DNA of 64,000 nt from contig OZ024741.1 in NCBI GenBank assembly GCA_964016885.1, positions 290,222,001-290,286,000 of the forward strand, written 5' to 3'. Below, one piece after another: positions 13,792-26,351 of the stretch (its first letter is position 1; each line of letters starts with the position of its first letter). Under the pieces are notes generated by a model. That model saw nothing but the letters and a program-made list of their open reading frames with translations. It had not been told where the DNA came from and made no database searches. The DNA is from Eledone cirrhosa (Eukaryota). Made by a program: the position numbers and the translations under genes.

Positions 13792-13985
13792 CGGTGGATT
13801 GGCAGTATCGGTAGAGGGTCGGATGCCATGCTTTGCAGCACAGAGTTATATCCCTTTACGGTCTGAGTCAAAATCCCACCGAGGTTAAATTTGCCTTTCA
13901 TCCTTACGTGGTCGATAAAATAAAGTACCAGTAATGAACTGGATGGTTGATGGCCTTGTGCCAAATGTATAAATAATTATTATTA
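13792..13985 (+). mobile_element. SINE family A, full length
   Basis: CGGTGGATTGGCAGTATCGGTAGAGGGTCGGA head, core and (ATT) tail. Confidence 0.85.
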
Positions 13986-14009
13986 TATAACAATTATTAT
14001 TATAAACAA

Positions 14010-14202
14010 TGGCAGTGGATTGGCAGTATCAGTAGAGGGTCGGACGCCATGCTTTGAAGCATAGAGTTGAGTCCCTTTATGATCTGAGTTCAAATCCCGC
14101 CAAGGTTGACTTTGCCTTTCATCCTTACGGGGTCGATAAAATAAAGTACCAGTAATGCACTGGGTAATTGCTGGCCTTGTGCCTAAAGTAGAAACAATTA
14201 TT
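14010..14202 (+). mobile_element. SINE family A, full length, tandem to the previous copy
   Basis: A-box TGGCAGTATCAGTAG, B-box GAGTTCAAATCCC, core and tail. Confidence 0.9.
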
Positions 14203-14256
14203 ATATATATATATTATATATATTATATATATTATATATATATATATATATTTATT

Positions 14257-14302
<46 letters not shown>

Positions 14303-14644
14303 ATACTTGGGGAGAGTCATATTTGTATAATAATATTGCCAGAATTAATAACAGAACACACTCACTGTTTGGTTGGTTTACGCTTCTGTGTCTTTTATAT
14401 CGGTTGATTTAATTTATTCGGTCCTTAATGTTGCCATTGACTGACCAACGGTCAACATACAGATATAATATAGACACAAACACATATATATAGTCTAACA
14501 AAGTTCTTTCGCTGCACATCTGCAACATTGTCAGTGGTGCTATTGTTTCCTCCTGTTGTAATGTATGCCTACGCCATCTTTATTTAGTCTGTTTATTTAT
14601 TTATTTATTTCATATCAAAAACATCGCAAAACTAATATATATAT

Positions 14645-15840
14645 AAATATTTATTAAAATAACAGATTAAAGTTTAAGCAAAGAATCGCTGCTTTCACCC
14701 TTAACGAGATCTTCTGAAACTAACAAAGTCAATCTGTAAACGCAGAAGTGGATATTTCAAAAAACGTTGCAACCGGAGGAAGACAGGAAGACGATACTTT
14801 GGTTCGTGGAAACGTTCCCTGGCAAAGAACGGGAAAAAACGAATATAATACGTCATTATTTGGATTGGTGAAAAACAATTACGCGCAAAGACAGAACCAC
14901 GTTTATGGTATAAAAGAGGTCGTAGACTAATGTTCTCTTAGGTAGTTCATAGAGACGTTCTCTGACAATGAACGAAAAAAACGAAGATAATACGTCATAT
15001 GTGGAGCGTGGAGAACAATTGCACGCAAAGACAAAACCACGTAAATGGTATAGCAGAAGTCGTAGACTAAATTTCTAACTAGGAGACCGAATGAATCTCC
15101 GCTTCAGAGTTAAGAACAAAGTAAATAAATACAATACAGAGGTAATAGAAATTAAATAAATACATACACGCATACAAATACGTATATACACAAGCATACG
15201 CGAAAACACTTACCATAGGTATACAAAACCACGCACATATAAATATGTGCGTGTGTGTATGCGTGTATACAAATAAATAAATAATTAAATAAACGTATAT
15301 AAATAAATAAATACGTATATAACAAGCGCACGCGCATACCTACATGTAAATACACAAATGTTCGGAGACGTTAGTCAACCAAATCATGAAGTACACATAT
15401 ACACACACCCTACATACGTACGAACCTGCATACTCACACAGACGCAAAACACCCGTATACACATAACCAAACCATATGTACTAGAAAATATAAAATTATA
15501 CTCTATAACATATACAATCAAATTGTTTTCACCAATCCAAATAATGACGTATTATATTCGTTTTTTCCCGTTCTTTGCCAGGGAACGTTTCCACGAACCA
15601 AAGTATCGTCTTCCTGTCTTCCTCCGGTTGCAACGTTTTTTGAAATATCCACTTCTGCGTTTACAGATTGACTTTGTTAGTTTCAGAAGATCCCGTTAAT
15701 GGTGAAAGCAGCGATTCTTTGCTTAAACTTTAATCTGTTATTTTAATAAATATTTGCTCTACGGTTCTTATATATTTGATATATATTTATCCTTAACGAG
15801 CTTTCTTTGGATTTTAGTCTTCAAATTTATTATTATTACT

Positions 15841-15845
<5 letters not shown>
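14645..15845. mobile_element. Non-coding Penelope-like fold-back element, family B
   Basis: Inverted arms about 14645-14880 / 15520-15755, 3' tail 15755-15845, (TA)n flanks; other copies at 39135-39712, 44690-44990, 19365-19412, 61095-61215. Confidence 0.7.
15679..15729 (+). ncRNA. Hammerhead-like fold, U4A core variant (family B)
   Basis: AGTTT-CAGAAGA-TCCCGTTAA(T/G)GGT-GAAA-GCA gcgattctt TG-CTT-AAACT; stem I AGTTT/AAACT; cleanest copy at 39159-39209 (minus). Confidence 0.55.
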
Positions 15846-15877
<32 letters not shown>

Positions 15878-16097
15878 ACATATGTATTGTTGTTGGACGA
15901 CCCATTTGAAAATTAACATGCAATTAGTTGAGCTTTCCAAAGACCCGTTATGAAATGTTCAGGGACTTGACACACTGATTGAGGAAAGTGGCACATTGAA
16001 CTGCAGACACATCTTATTGTTGACAGATATAACACAAACATATGTATAAATATATGCATGTGTGCGTGTGTGCGTAGGTGTCTGAGTGTTTATATGC

Positions 16098-16149
<52 letters not shown>

Positions 16150-16156
<7 letters not shown>

Positions 16157-16627
16157 AATGGCAATATCTGCCTGTTTGTTTGTTTGTGAATCTAAAACCT
16201 CAAAAACTACCAAACCGATCTTGTTGAAACTTGACCCGTGTGTTGGGCTCCTGCTCATTTGATTTCTTACGAATATTTCATTTTAATCAAAGGCTTTTCC
16301 GGGTGTTCAAACCCCCGCTGAAAACCTTCGCTTGACTTTTTCCTTCGATTTATATGAAATTTAAACCATAGGTAAATGAAAATATGTGATGCCAATTCAC
16401 AACATTTCAGCAAATTTCAATAATGAGGGTTAAACCCCCTATAGTGAAAATTTTGGCCAATAAATGGAACAAGATTTCACGAACTCCTCCTATGGTTTTG
16501 GAGATAGACCCCCATAACCATATATATTCTGAAACTACATTGCCCAGGGTACTTGGATAAGTATATTTCATTCTAATGGGAACTGGGAATACCCCCGCTC
16601 CCGGATACTACCGGGTACCTCAGCTAG
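16150..16627 (+). mobile_element. Non-autonomous Helitron-like element
   Basis: 3' end CCCGG-ATACTA-CCGGG hairpin followed by TACCTCAG-CTAG|T; sits in (TA)n; no TSD. Confidence 0.65.
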
Positions 16628-16649
16628 TATATATATATACACGTTTTAT

Positions 16650-16707
<58 letters not shown>

Positions 16708-16762
16708 TTTATTTGTATATATATATACCTCAGCTAGTGTATATATATATATACATTTTATT

Positions 16763-16799
<37 letters not shown>

Positions 16800-16937
16800 A
16801 CACAAATAAAAATCTTATTTCTCGCCCTGGCACAGACGATCGGTCATCTACATGGCGCAGTTTGTTTACAAACAAATCGAACATTATTATTAATGTTCGA
16901 TTTAAACCATACGTACATATGTATATATGTGTGTGTG

Positions 16938-16972
<35 letters not shown>

Positions 16973-16977
16973 GATAT

Positions 16978-17190
16978 AGATTTCTAGTATAGGCACAAGG
17001 GCCAGTAATTTGGGGGAATGGATAGTCAATTAAATCGACCCCAGTACGTTACTGGTGCTTTATTTTATCGACCCCGTAAGGATGAAAGGCAAAGTTAACC
17101 TCGGCGGGATTTGAGCTCAGACCGCAACGGGCCGTAACTCGGTGCTGCAAAGCATGGTGTCTGACGCTCTACTGTTACTGCCAATCCACT
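16978..17190 (-). mobile_element. SINE family A, long-tail variant
   Basis: Core match; TATAAATGATAT duplicated on both sides (TSD-like). Confidence 0.8.
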
Positions 17191-17615
17191 TATAAATGAT
17201 ATTAATAAATGGAAACTATATTTATCAAACCATATTTATTCTATTATATATATTTCAAGGGTACCAAAACATTGGTACGCTCTCATCAGATAAAATACAA
17301 AGTTTGTTTTATAAATATTGACATACCCAGGAACGAGATCATAACGGTTCAAGTTTTTCCTGAACCGTTAAGATCTCGTTCCTGGGTATGTCAATATTTA
17401 TAAAACAAACTTTGTATTTTATCTGATGAGAGCGTACCAAAGTTTTGGTACCCTTGAAATATACATAATAGAATAAATATGGTTTGATAAATATAGTTTC
17501 CATTTATTAATATCATTTATATCATTGATATTATACTCCAGAAAACTTGTCGAGCGCTTCGAATCAGTTATAAATATATATATTTGTTGAATTACCAACA
17601 AATTAAATCCCTTTG

Positions 17616-17620
<5 letters not shown>
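17191..17620 (+). mobile_element. Penelope-like fold-back insertion, family C
   Basis: Inverted arms of about 160 bp (17191-17521, centre 17356), unique tail to about 17620, then (TA)n; another copy at 26150-26312. Confidence 0.75.
17418..17472 (+). ncRNA. Type I hammerhead ribozyme, canonical core; mirror copy 17240-17294 on minus
   Basis: TTTAT-CTGATGA-GAGCGTACCAAAGTTTTGGTACCCTT-GAAA-T ATAC-ATA-ATAGA. Confidence 0.75.
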
Positions 17621-17693
<73 letters not shown>

Positions 17694-17696
<3 letters not shown>

Positions 17697-18986
17697 GGTG
17701 TTCGGGATAAATTTGACAGTTTCATCAGGAAAAAGAAAAACTGCTTGGTAATCTACAAAATTTATTTGATTTAAAAGAAATTCAATGGACAAGGAAATTA
17801 CACTATTGTCAAAGAGTTTTACTCAAAATAAACGCCATTAGCGTCTATTACAGCCTCAATCCGGGCAAGCTGATTTTACATTTTCCCTGGGAAGGCCCTC
17901 AAAAACTACTTTAATTCTGTCGATTAACTGGGCTTTTGTAGTACTGGCACGGCGATTGGTGTCTTTCTCTACAGCGCCCCATACAGAATAGTCCATCGGG
18001 TTAAGATCAGGAGAGTTCGGAAGCCAAACATTGGGACTGGTGTAGTCGTAAAAATTGGCTGACAACCATTTTTGACTTTTCCCCGAGGTGTGGCAGGGGG
18101 CCGAATCCTGCTGCCATACATACGGCCTATTATTGGCTACCCTTGTTATCCAGGGCTTAACTACAGTGGTTCGCAATTCCACGTAGGCATCTGAATTCAA
18201 CATGAGACCCTGTTTGAAAAAATGCGGAGGCATCACATCACCCTCGGAGGACACACATCCCAAAACCATGACAGTTTGGGAAAATTTAGTCTGCATGACT
18301 CGAGGAGTGTCCTTTGGACTGTATGCAAGTCATCTGTTATTCTGGATGTTGTGTTTTTGATCTTGGCACAAGTTTTTCTCATCGGAAAAGAACCAGATTG
18401 TTTGTGCTTCAGCAGGATATTTCCCTTTGCTCAGAAGTTTCTTCGCCTTTGTCAGACGATTTTCGCGGGCCTTTTCTGTGAGAAGTTGACTTCTGCGACG
18501 CTTGTATGAGTAGTAGCGAAGGTCTTTATTGAGTGCAATTTTCATAGTAGAGGCTGAAACATTCAATTCACGCGACAAAGACCGAATTCCGATGCCAGGG
18601 TCCTCCAACACTTTTTTCTGCAGATTTTCGATGAATTCTGCTGTGCGAGAGCAATCAGATCTTCTGTTATGTTTCTTTCTTCTAGCCACAGCCTTGCAGT
18701 CTCCATTGCAATTCTCCAGTTCATGCCGGATTGTTTTTACAGTGTTCAGGGAGCATTGAGCAGCGACCATAATCTTCTTATTTTGATGGCCGGCGCGAAT
18801 CATCATGATACAAGTTATTCTCTTCCATGATTCAGGTGGCTCCCAGTCATCCATTCTCGTTGTCATCACATATATGAATGAAGGAGGGTTTAAACTTTCA
18901 AATAAAGCCTAGTGGGCATGAATGAATTTAAAACATCTGAAAAAACAACCAAATATTATTCTGTCAAATTTATCCCGAACACCCTG
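17694..18986 (-). mobile_element. Tc1/mariner superfamily DD37D (maT) transposon, full length
   Basis: Perfect 26-bp TIRs CAGGGTGTTCGGGATAAATTTGACAG, TA flanks inside (TA)n, internal transposase. Confidence 0.95.
17819..18869 (-). pseudogene. DD37D transposase with one in-frame TGA and a C-terminal frameshift
   Basis: HTH region, FSDEK, QQDSAPCH, SPDLNPMDY with 37 residues between the 2nd and 3rd Asp; ORFs 18330-18869 and 17856-18296 are in frame; RIEAVIDANGVYFE* lies in a shifted frame. Confidence 0.9.
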
Positions 18987-19265
18987 TATATATATATATA
19001 TAAATGTGTTCACTTTTCTCCTAGTTTATTTTACACCTAATTCTGTTTAATTGACTGTATATCTGGGCGATTACGCTGTCGAAATATTCGATAAATATTC
19101 CGTCGCAGCCGGCGCGAAGGGCTGGTTTCGGTTATTTGTTGGAGATTTCTTCATAGAAGCCTTATTCTTATAGCTTGGTCTATTCGATTTTTTATATGGT
19201 TAATTATGCTAATTGGGAGAGGAAATGGTATATATTTTATCTGGTGATTCTATAGACATGTTTTA

Positions 19266-19313
<48 letters not shown>

Positions 19314-19422
19314 GTGTATACACGAATATACACACACATACATGCATATAAACATATATATATTATAAGAACAGATTAAAGTTTAAGGAAAGAATCGCTG
19401 CTTTCACCCTTACTATATATAT

Positions 19423-19594
19423 GTGGGAGCCCCTACATGAACACACCGGAAGAGGAAGACCAAGGTTAACGTATGTTGATGCCCTAAAGACAGACACTAG
19501 TCTGTTGGAGACGCAGGACATGACAGCGATAATGAAGGACAGAGACCGCTGGAGAGAACTCGTCCATGCATCTCGGGAATTTTACCCACCCTAG
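19423..19594 (+). mobile_element. RTE-group LINE, extreme 3' fragment
   Basis: Manual translation WEPLHEHTGRGRPRLTYVDALKTDT...MKDRDRWRELV. Confidence 0.7.
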
Positions 19595-19610
19595 AAAAAT
19601 ATATATATAT

Positions 19611-20900
19611 TCTCTTTTACTCTTTTACCTGTTTCAGCCATCCGGCTGAGGCCATGCTGGGGCACCGCCCTTGTGGCTACACATTTATCTCCAGCCTGTA
19701 TAGGTTGGCCACTGGTGTAAGAGGGAGTTTGTTGCTGCTGCCCTTAGTTTTCCCTCGTGTCTTGCTGTGGGATCATCCGGGATCCTGGATAACAAGGTGT
19801 CGAGATGTTTCTTGAAGACATCCACCTCCACGTCATGCAAGTCTCTCAGATCCCTCGGCAGCCTGTCGAAGAGTTGAGGGCCCTTGAATCCCAGGCTATT
19901 GCAATACCTGCTCCTTATTCTGGATGTGGAAGACGGGACCTTTGGCACCACACAGTGACGTCCTGTTCGACGGTTGGTCCAGCTCCCAATGCCAAAGTTT
20001 GGTGCTAGTCCCTCCAGGACTTTCCACATGTAGATCACTGCGTATCTCTCCCGTCTTCGCTCCAAGGAGTGGAGGTTCAGTTCCTTTAGTCTCTCCCAGT
20101 AGCTTGTCTCCCTCATCTTGGCAATCCTCTTGGTGTAGCTTCGCAGGATTGCCTGAAGCTCCGTGGTTAGTTTGACACTATGGGGTGACCACAACTGGGA
20201 GCAGTACTCCAGGCGGCTTAGGACAAATGTCCTCCATAGTGTCAACATGGTGTCTCGATCTCTTGTCCGGAAAGTCCTCAAGATCCAGCCAGCGAGTCGT
20301 CTGCACATTGTCGCCACTTTCATGATATGTGAAGAAAAAGATGCATCATCACTCATGTCTATGCCCAGGTCTCGTATCGATTTTGACACGGGGATATCGG
20401 TCCCTCCTGGTCCTGTGTTGTTGTGTTGTACTAAATTTGTGTTTGCAGGTTTGTTTGGAGGTTTGTATTGTAGGTCTTGGAATTTGCCAGCATTAAACTG
20501 CATGTTGTTTTCTTCCGCCCATTTGTATATGGCATCCAGATCCTGCTGTAAAAGGGCAGCGTCAGCCGGGTTTTTGATTGCCTGTGCTACCTTAGTGTCA
20601 TCAGCATAGCTAGTGATGGATGTTGTTGTATGCACTACAGAGGGCATGTCTGAGAGAGCCACCAAAAACAGTAGTGGTTCCAGGACTGTCCCCTGGGGCA
20701 CCCCACTTGTTATTGGTGTTTCCCTCGAGAGGGCCGCATTTACTGCGACTGCCTGGCTTCTGTCCCTTAGGAAGCCATGCAGCCACTGACCTACTTTTCC
20801 AGTTATGCCGAGTCCGTGTAGTTTGTGACATATCATTACGTGGTCGACCTTGTCAAAGGCCTTCGCAAAGACAAGATATATCACGTCCACATGTGAGCTG
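19611..20900 (-). mobile_element. CR1-group LINE, 5'-truncated, with (GAGTAAAA)-type tail
   Basis: Uninterrupted 401-aa frame 19685-20890: DVIYLVFAKAFDKVDH, SGVPQGTVLEPLLF, YADDTK, RDLGI, LEYCSQLWSP, LERRRER; short 3'UTR. Confidence 0.9.
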
Positions 20901-20912
20901 TCTAGTAGTTGT

Positions 20913-20966
<54 letters not shown>

Positions 20967-21440
20967 GGGAAGAAAGAGGAAAACTGCGTGGTTGCACATG
21001 GGTTACATATTATAAAATTAGTCCCTCATCAGTGATTTGCCAACCATCATTGGTATTTCATCGCATTATATATATATATATATATATTGTCTGTGTGTTT
21101 ACATACAGAATAGCTGGCCACTCACAGTAAAGTGATCAGTGAAAAAAAACTTGGTACATCTACATATGTATACGTGTGTGTATTCATATACATACTAGTA
21201 TTTCAGTATACATATATGGATGTACATCTTTGACTTAATTGTTTGAGCGTCAGTCATACAAAAGTGAGTTACAAACGAAACGAAATTTAATTTCGTTTCG
21301 TTATTTGTTTTTATCGTCTCCGTTGAACCGGTACTTACTCACACTCTATGCAAGTTGGTCTGCCCACTACTAATTTTCATAGAAAAAGCATATAGCGATA
21401 TGTGCTTTTACGATTCTCTAGAGAGGCCGGAAGATAGGTA

Positions 21441-21485
21441 AATATTGCTGATGAGTTGTAACAACAACGAAACTAGTTCAATATT
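21441..21485 (+). ncRNA. Minimal type I hammerhead ribozyme, copy 1
   Basis: AATATTG-CTGATGA-GTTG taacaa CAAC-GAAA-C TA-GTT^CAATATT: 7-bp stem I, 4-bp stem II, palindromic stem III ACTAGT; cleavage predicted after 21478. Confidence 0.9.
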
Positions 21486-21909
21486 CCTTGTCTGGCTTTC
21501 TAGAGAATAGAGGAAAGGTGTTTCCTCAAAAACCAGTATGACTCTAAAAACCGGTTTGTCTGTGTGTTTACATACAGAATAGCTGGCCACTCACAGTAAA
21601 GTGATCAGTGAAAAAAAACTTGGTACATCTACATATGTATACGTGTGTGTATTCATATACATACTAGTATTTCAGTATACATATATGGATGTACATCTTT
21701 GACTTAATTGTTTGAGCGTCAGTCATACAAAAGTGAGTTACAAACGAAACGAAATTTAATTTCGTTTCGTTATTTGTTTTTATCGTCTCCGTTGAACCGG
21801 TACTTACTCACACTCTATGCAAGTTGGTCTGCCCACTACTAATTTTCATAGAAAAAGCATATAGCGATATGTGCTTTTACGATTCTCTAGAGAGGCCGGA
21901 AGATAGGTA

Positions 21910-21954
21910 AATATTGCTGATGAGTTGTAACAACAACGAAACTAGTTCAATATT
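21910..21954 (+). ncRNA. Minimal type I hammerhead ribozyme, copy 2
   Basis: Identical to copy 1; cleavage predicted after 21947. Confidence 0.9.
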
Positions 21955-22174
21955 CCTTGTCTGGCTTTCTGGAGAATAGAGGAAAGGTGTTTCCTCAAAA
22001 ACCAGTATGACTCTAAAAACCGGTTTGTCTGTGTGTTTACATACAGAATAGCTGGCCACTCACAGTAAAGTGATCAGTGAAAAAAAAAACTTGGTACATC
22101 TACATATGTATACGTGTGTGTATTCATATACATACTAGTATTTCAGTATACATATATGGATGTACATCTTTGAC

Positions 22175-22336
<162 letters not shown>

Positions 22337-23000
22337 AGGATGAATATAAAATGAAAGTGCTTTTTTTAAAAAAGGAATTTATTAGGTATTGACATATGTT
22401 TCTGTAACAGACTGAATACCTATGTATCGCTGCTTGCGTAATCATATAATGTTAGCAAGTATTCGATAGCAAATGTATAATCAGTTGTCACATCTTCAGA
22501 GATTTTGGATAAATTGGATAAAATCAGAAAAATTGAAGTATTTATATTAGTAATAGAGGAAGAAACAGAGGGGATAGTATATGACAGATGGTAAATTAAT
22601 TTACTGCTAAACAAGTATATAATGGGTTTCTAATGAGAATACCATGAGTAAATCTAAATAAGAATTTTGGGAGTGCCAATTTTAATCTCTACTTGACCAA
22701 CTGGACAGTGGACAGGACTGGTCATTTGGTGCAGTAGTATTAATTATAAAGTGTCAATTGGGGAAGGGGGAGATTTCGATTGCTACTAAATAACATCAAT
22801 GCTAGAAGCCAGCTGGTATATGCATTAGGGAATTGAATCAAGAAATCAGAAATCTCATTTTATCTATAGCAGTTTGTATTAAAAGGTAAATAATAGAAGA
22901 GTTGATAGAATTAAGACTAATAAAGAATGTTAATATCTATTTTGACAATCAAACGGGGATAGAGACAGGCGTTCAATTGCATTATTGATAACCTGAAATT

Positions 23001-23508
<508 letters not shown>

Positions 23509-23722
23509 GAAGGCGTGTGGCTGAGTGGTTAGAGAATTGGATTAACAATCTGGAGGTTGTGAGTTCGATTCCTGAACCGGGCGATGCGTTATGTCCTTGA
23601 GCAAGACACTTTATTTCACGTTGCTCCTTCTACCTGGAGTTGCGACCGATAGATAGTACTAGCAACTGGAAAGACCAACGGAAACATTGTTTCCTCGGTC
23701 CGATTTGACGAAAGTCGATCGC
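23509..23722 (+). mobile_element. tRNA-derived SINE, family D (CORE-like central motif)
   Basis: A-box TGGCTGAGTGG, B-box GAGTTCGATTCC, TGTCCTTGAGCAAGACACTT; second copy at 44309-44506 (minus). Confidence 0.8.
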
Positions 23723-24061
23723 TAAAAAAAAAAATATATATATATATATATATAAAGAAGTAAAAGTTGAAAAATCGAGAAGTTGGAAATATGTTCAGAT
23801 AGTTGTGTCACAGTGATAAAAACGATTACGAGATAAAATAATAGCGTTATACGGAATAAGCAAAGAATATGAGACTGACGGAATGTGAGATAAGCAAACA
23901 CGACTAAATGGAATGATTCTGGATTGTGTGATAAAGATACTAAAAGGACGAATATAAAAGAAATTGTGGTGGTGCTGGTGGAGGTGTTGGTGTTGGGTAA
24001 GATAGGAAGTAAGAAGATGTATTTATCAGTATAAATTAGCTTATGTTTATAAACATATATG

Positions 24062-24110
<49 letters not shown>

Positions 24111-24193
24111 ATATTTGCATAAACATATACAAATATATATATATATATATTACAGGGTATTAACGCCAGTTTTTAACTCCGTTTTTCATATAA

Positions 24194-24226
<33 letters not shown>

Positions 24227-24368
24227 CTATATAAGTATAATTATGTGTATACGTATGTATATTTGTATGTATATATATATATATACACACACATATATAT
24301 ATATATATATATACACATATATATACACACATATATATATATATACACACACTTATAATATATATACG

Positions 24369-24462
<94 letters not shown>

Positions 24463-24848
24463 TGTATGTATATACATCCATATATGTATGCGTATGTATT
24501 TGTGTGTACATTCATATCGACAAATATTTATATATATGTATGTATATGTTTCTTTATATAATGTAGCCCTTGAGAGGAAGAAAACATAGAAATCTGTTAT
24601 ACAACATTGAGTGTACAAGTGAGAAAAGCTGCAAAGTGTAATCTATAAAATATTACATCTGTAATACAAATATATTTTATATTACACGAGCTTGTCGTAA
24701 ATTTAGACAAACGGTTCTATATTCTCTCCCATACACCCTCTTGCCCACTTCCTCCGCCTCCACCATCTTCTCCACTTTCTTCTCCCCACTCCCATACCAT
24801 GTCTCTTCTCTTTTTACTCTCTCTCTCTCTCCCTCTCTCTCATCTCTC

Positions 24849-24952
<104 letters not shown>

Positions 24953-24958
24953 TCTTTC

Positions 24959-25007
<49 letters not shown>

Positions 25008-25134
25008 ATATCTGTCTATCTATGTTCCCTCTCCCTCTTTCTCTCTCATTCTTCTTCAAATGTTATTTACTCTGAGAATTTCGTTTTATACACTTAGATT
25101 TCTTTAATCTCCCCCTCATCACATTTCTCGCCTT

Positions 25135-25410
25135 TACCCCATCGCCATCCTCTTCCTCCCTTTCCTCCTCCTCCATATCATCATCATCATCACCATCATC
25201 AGTGTCGTCGCCATCGCTACCATAAATATCATCGTCATCGCCACCATCATCATCATCATCATCAGGACCGGTGTTATCACTATCATCATCATAATCATCA
25301 TCATTATGATCACCATCATCAACGCCATCGTCATCGTCATCATCATCATCATCATCATCTTCATCAACAATATAATCATTATCATCAACAACATAATCAT
25401 TATCATCAAT
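25135..25410. repeat. Degenerate (CAT)n microsatellite
   Basis: Direct reading. Confidence 0.9.
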
Positions 25411-25569
25411 AGTTGCAGAATTAGCAAATTTCTTTCTCTAGTCTTTATTATTTCTCTTTCTTTCTTTCTTTCTTTCTTTCTTTTCCAAGTTGTTTTTTTT
25501 TTAAATATGTATTCTGCTTGTTGGTTCTAGCTCTCTTATAGTTGGAGGAGGGAGTGAAGAAAGAGGATG

Positions 25570-25606
<37 letters not shown>

Positions 25607-26005
25607 ATAGTGGTGGTGGTGCTGGTACGAGGAGGAGGTACAACTATCAAGAAATATTCAGAACTTCCCTCTTAAACCTGCTAGAGATTAATTTTCATCT
25701 GAAACGTTTATACGGTATTGATCTCTGAGAGATAGACTTGCGCGAAAAACTCTATGTGGTCACTCACTCTGTTAGAAATAGCAGAGAAATATCTCTCAAA
25801 TTACACCCAACCGTCACAATTCTTTTTAAGAGAAAGAAAGACAAGTTACATGATGTTTTGTTAGATAAACAATAAGAAAATAAATTAATTCCACCCAAAT
25901 ATAATATGGCAGGAACAAAAAACAACAAACCGCAAGCAGAGTGTAAGTAATGTTAAACAATCATGATTTTAAAGGTAAAGAGTCCTTAAATATTGATCAA
26001 GTCGT

Positions 26006-26142
26006 AGGGGCGTCGTCATGACACACAGAGTTACGTAGCGGCATCATCATGACACATAACGTATCTTATGGGCATCACCATGACACACAGAGTTACATAG
26101 AAACATTGTCATAGCACAGCGCAACTTAGGGGCATCGTCATG
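26006..26142. repeat. Degenerate minisatellite, about 31-bp unit, about 4.5 copies
   Basis: Recurrent GGCATCRTCATGACACA...TTA motif. Confidence 0.7.
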
Positions 26143-26211
26143 CCAAACGGAACTTGAACCGTTAAGGTCTGATTCCTGGGTATGTCACTATTTATAAAAC
26201 AAATTTTGTAT

Positions 26212-26266
26212 TTTATCTGATGAGAGTGTACCAAAGTTTTGGTACCCTTGAAATATATATAATAGA
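26212..26266 (+). ncRNA. Type I hammerhead ribozyme, canonical core (family C copy)
   Basis: TTTAT-CTGATGA-GAGTGTACCAAAGTTTTGGTACCCTT-GAAA-T ATAT-ATA^ATAGA. Confidence 0.75.
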
Positions 26267-26309
26267 ATAAATATGGTTTTATAAATATATTTTCCATTTA
26301 TTAACATCA

Positions 26310-26351
<42 letters not shown>

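Noticed and set aside
14010-14105. SINE heads as true tRNA genes
   Set aside because: A and B boxes are present but there is no complete cloverleaf, and each head continues into SINE body and tail
18330-18332. In-frame TGA in the maT transposase as programmed read-through
   Set aside because: Most simply a TGG to TGA mutation; the gene also has a C-terminal frameshift
20961-21066. CTGATGA on the minus strand next to the retrozyme array
   Set aside because: No downstream GAAA or stem III and no stem I pairing; at best a decayed fragment
21408-22059. Duplicated 60-aa minus-strand ORFs in the 469-bp repeat
   Set aside because: Short, no recognisable motif; the duplication just reflects the tandem repeat
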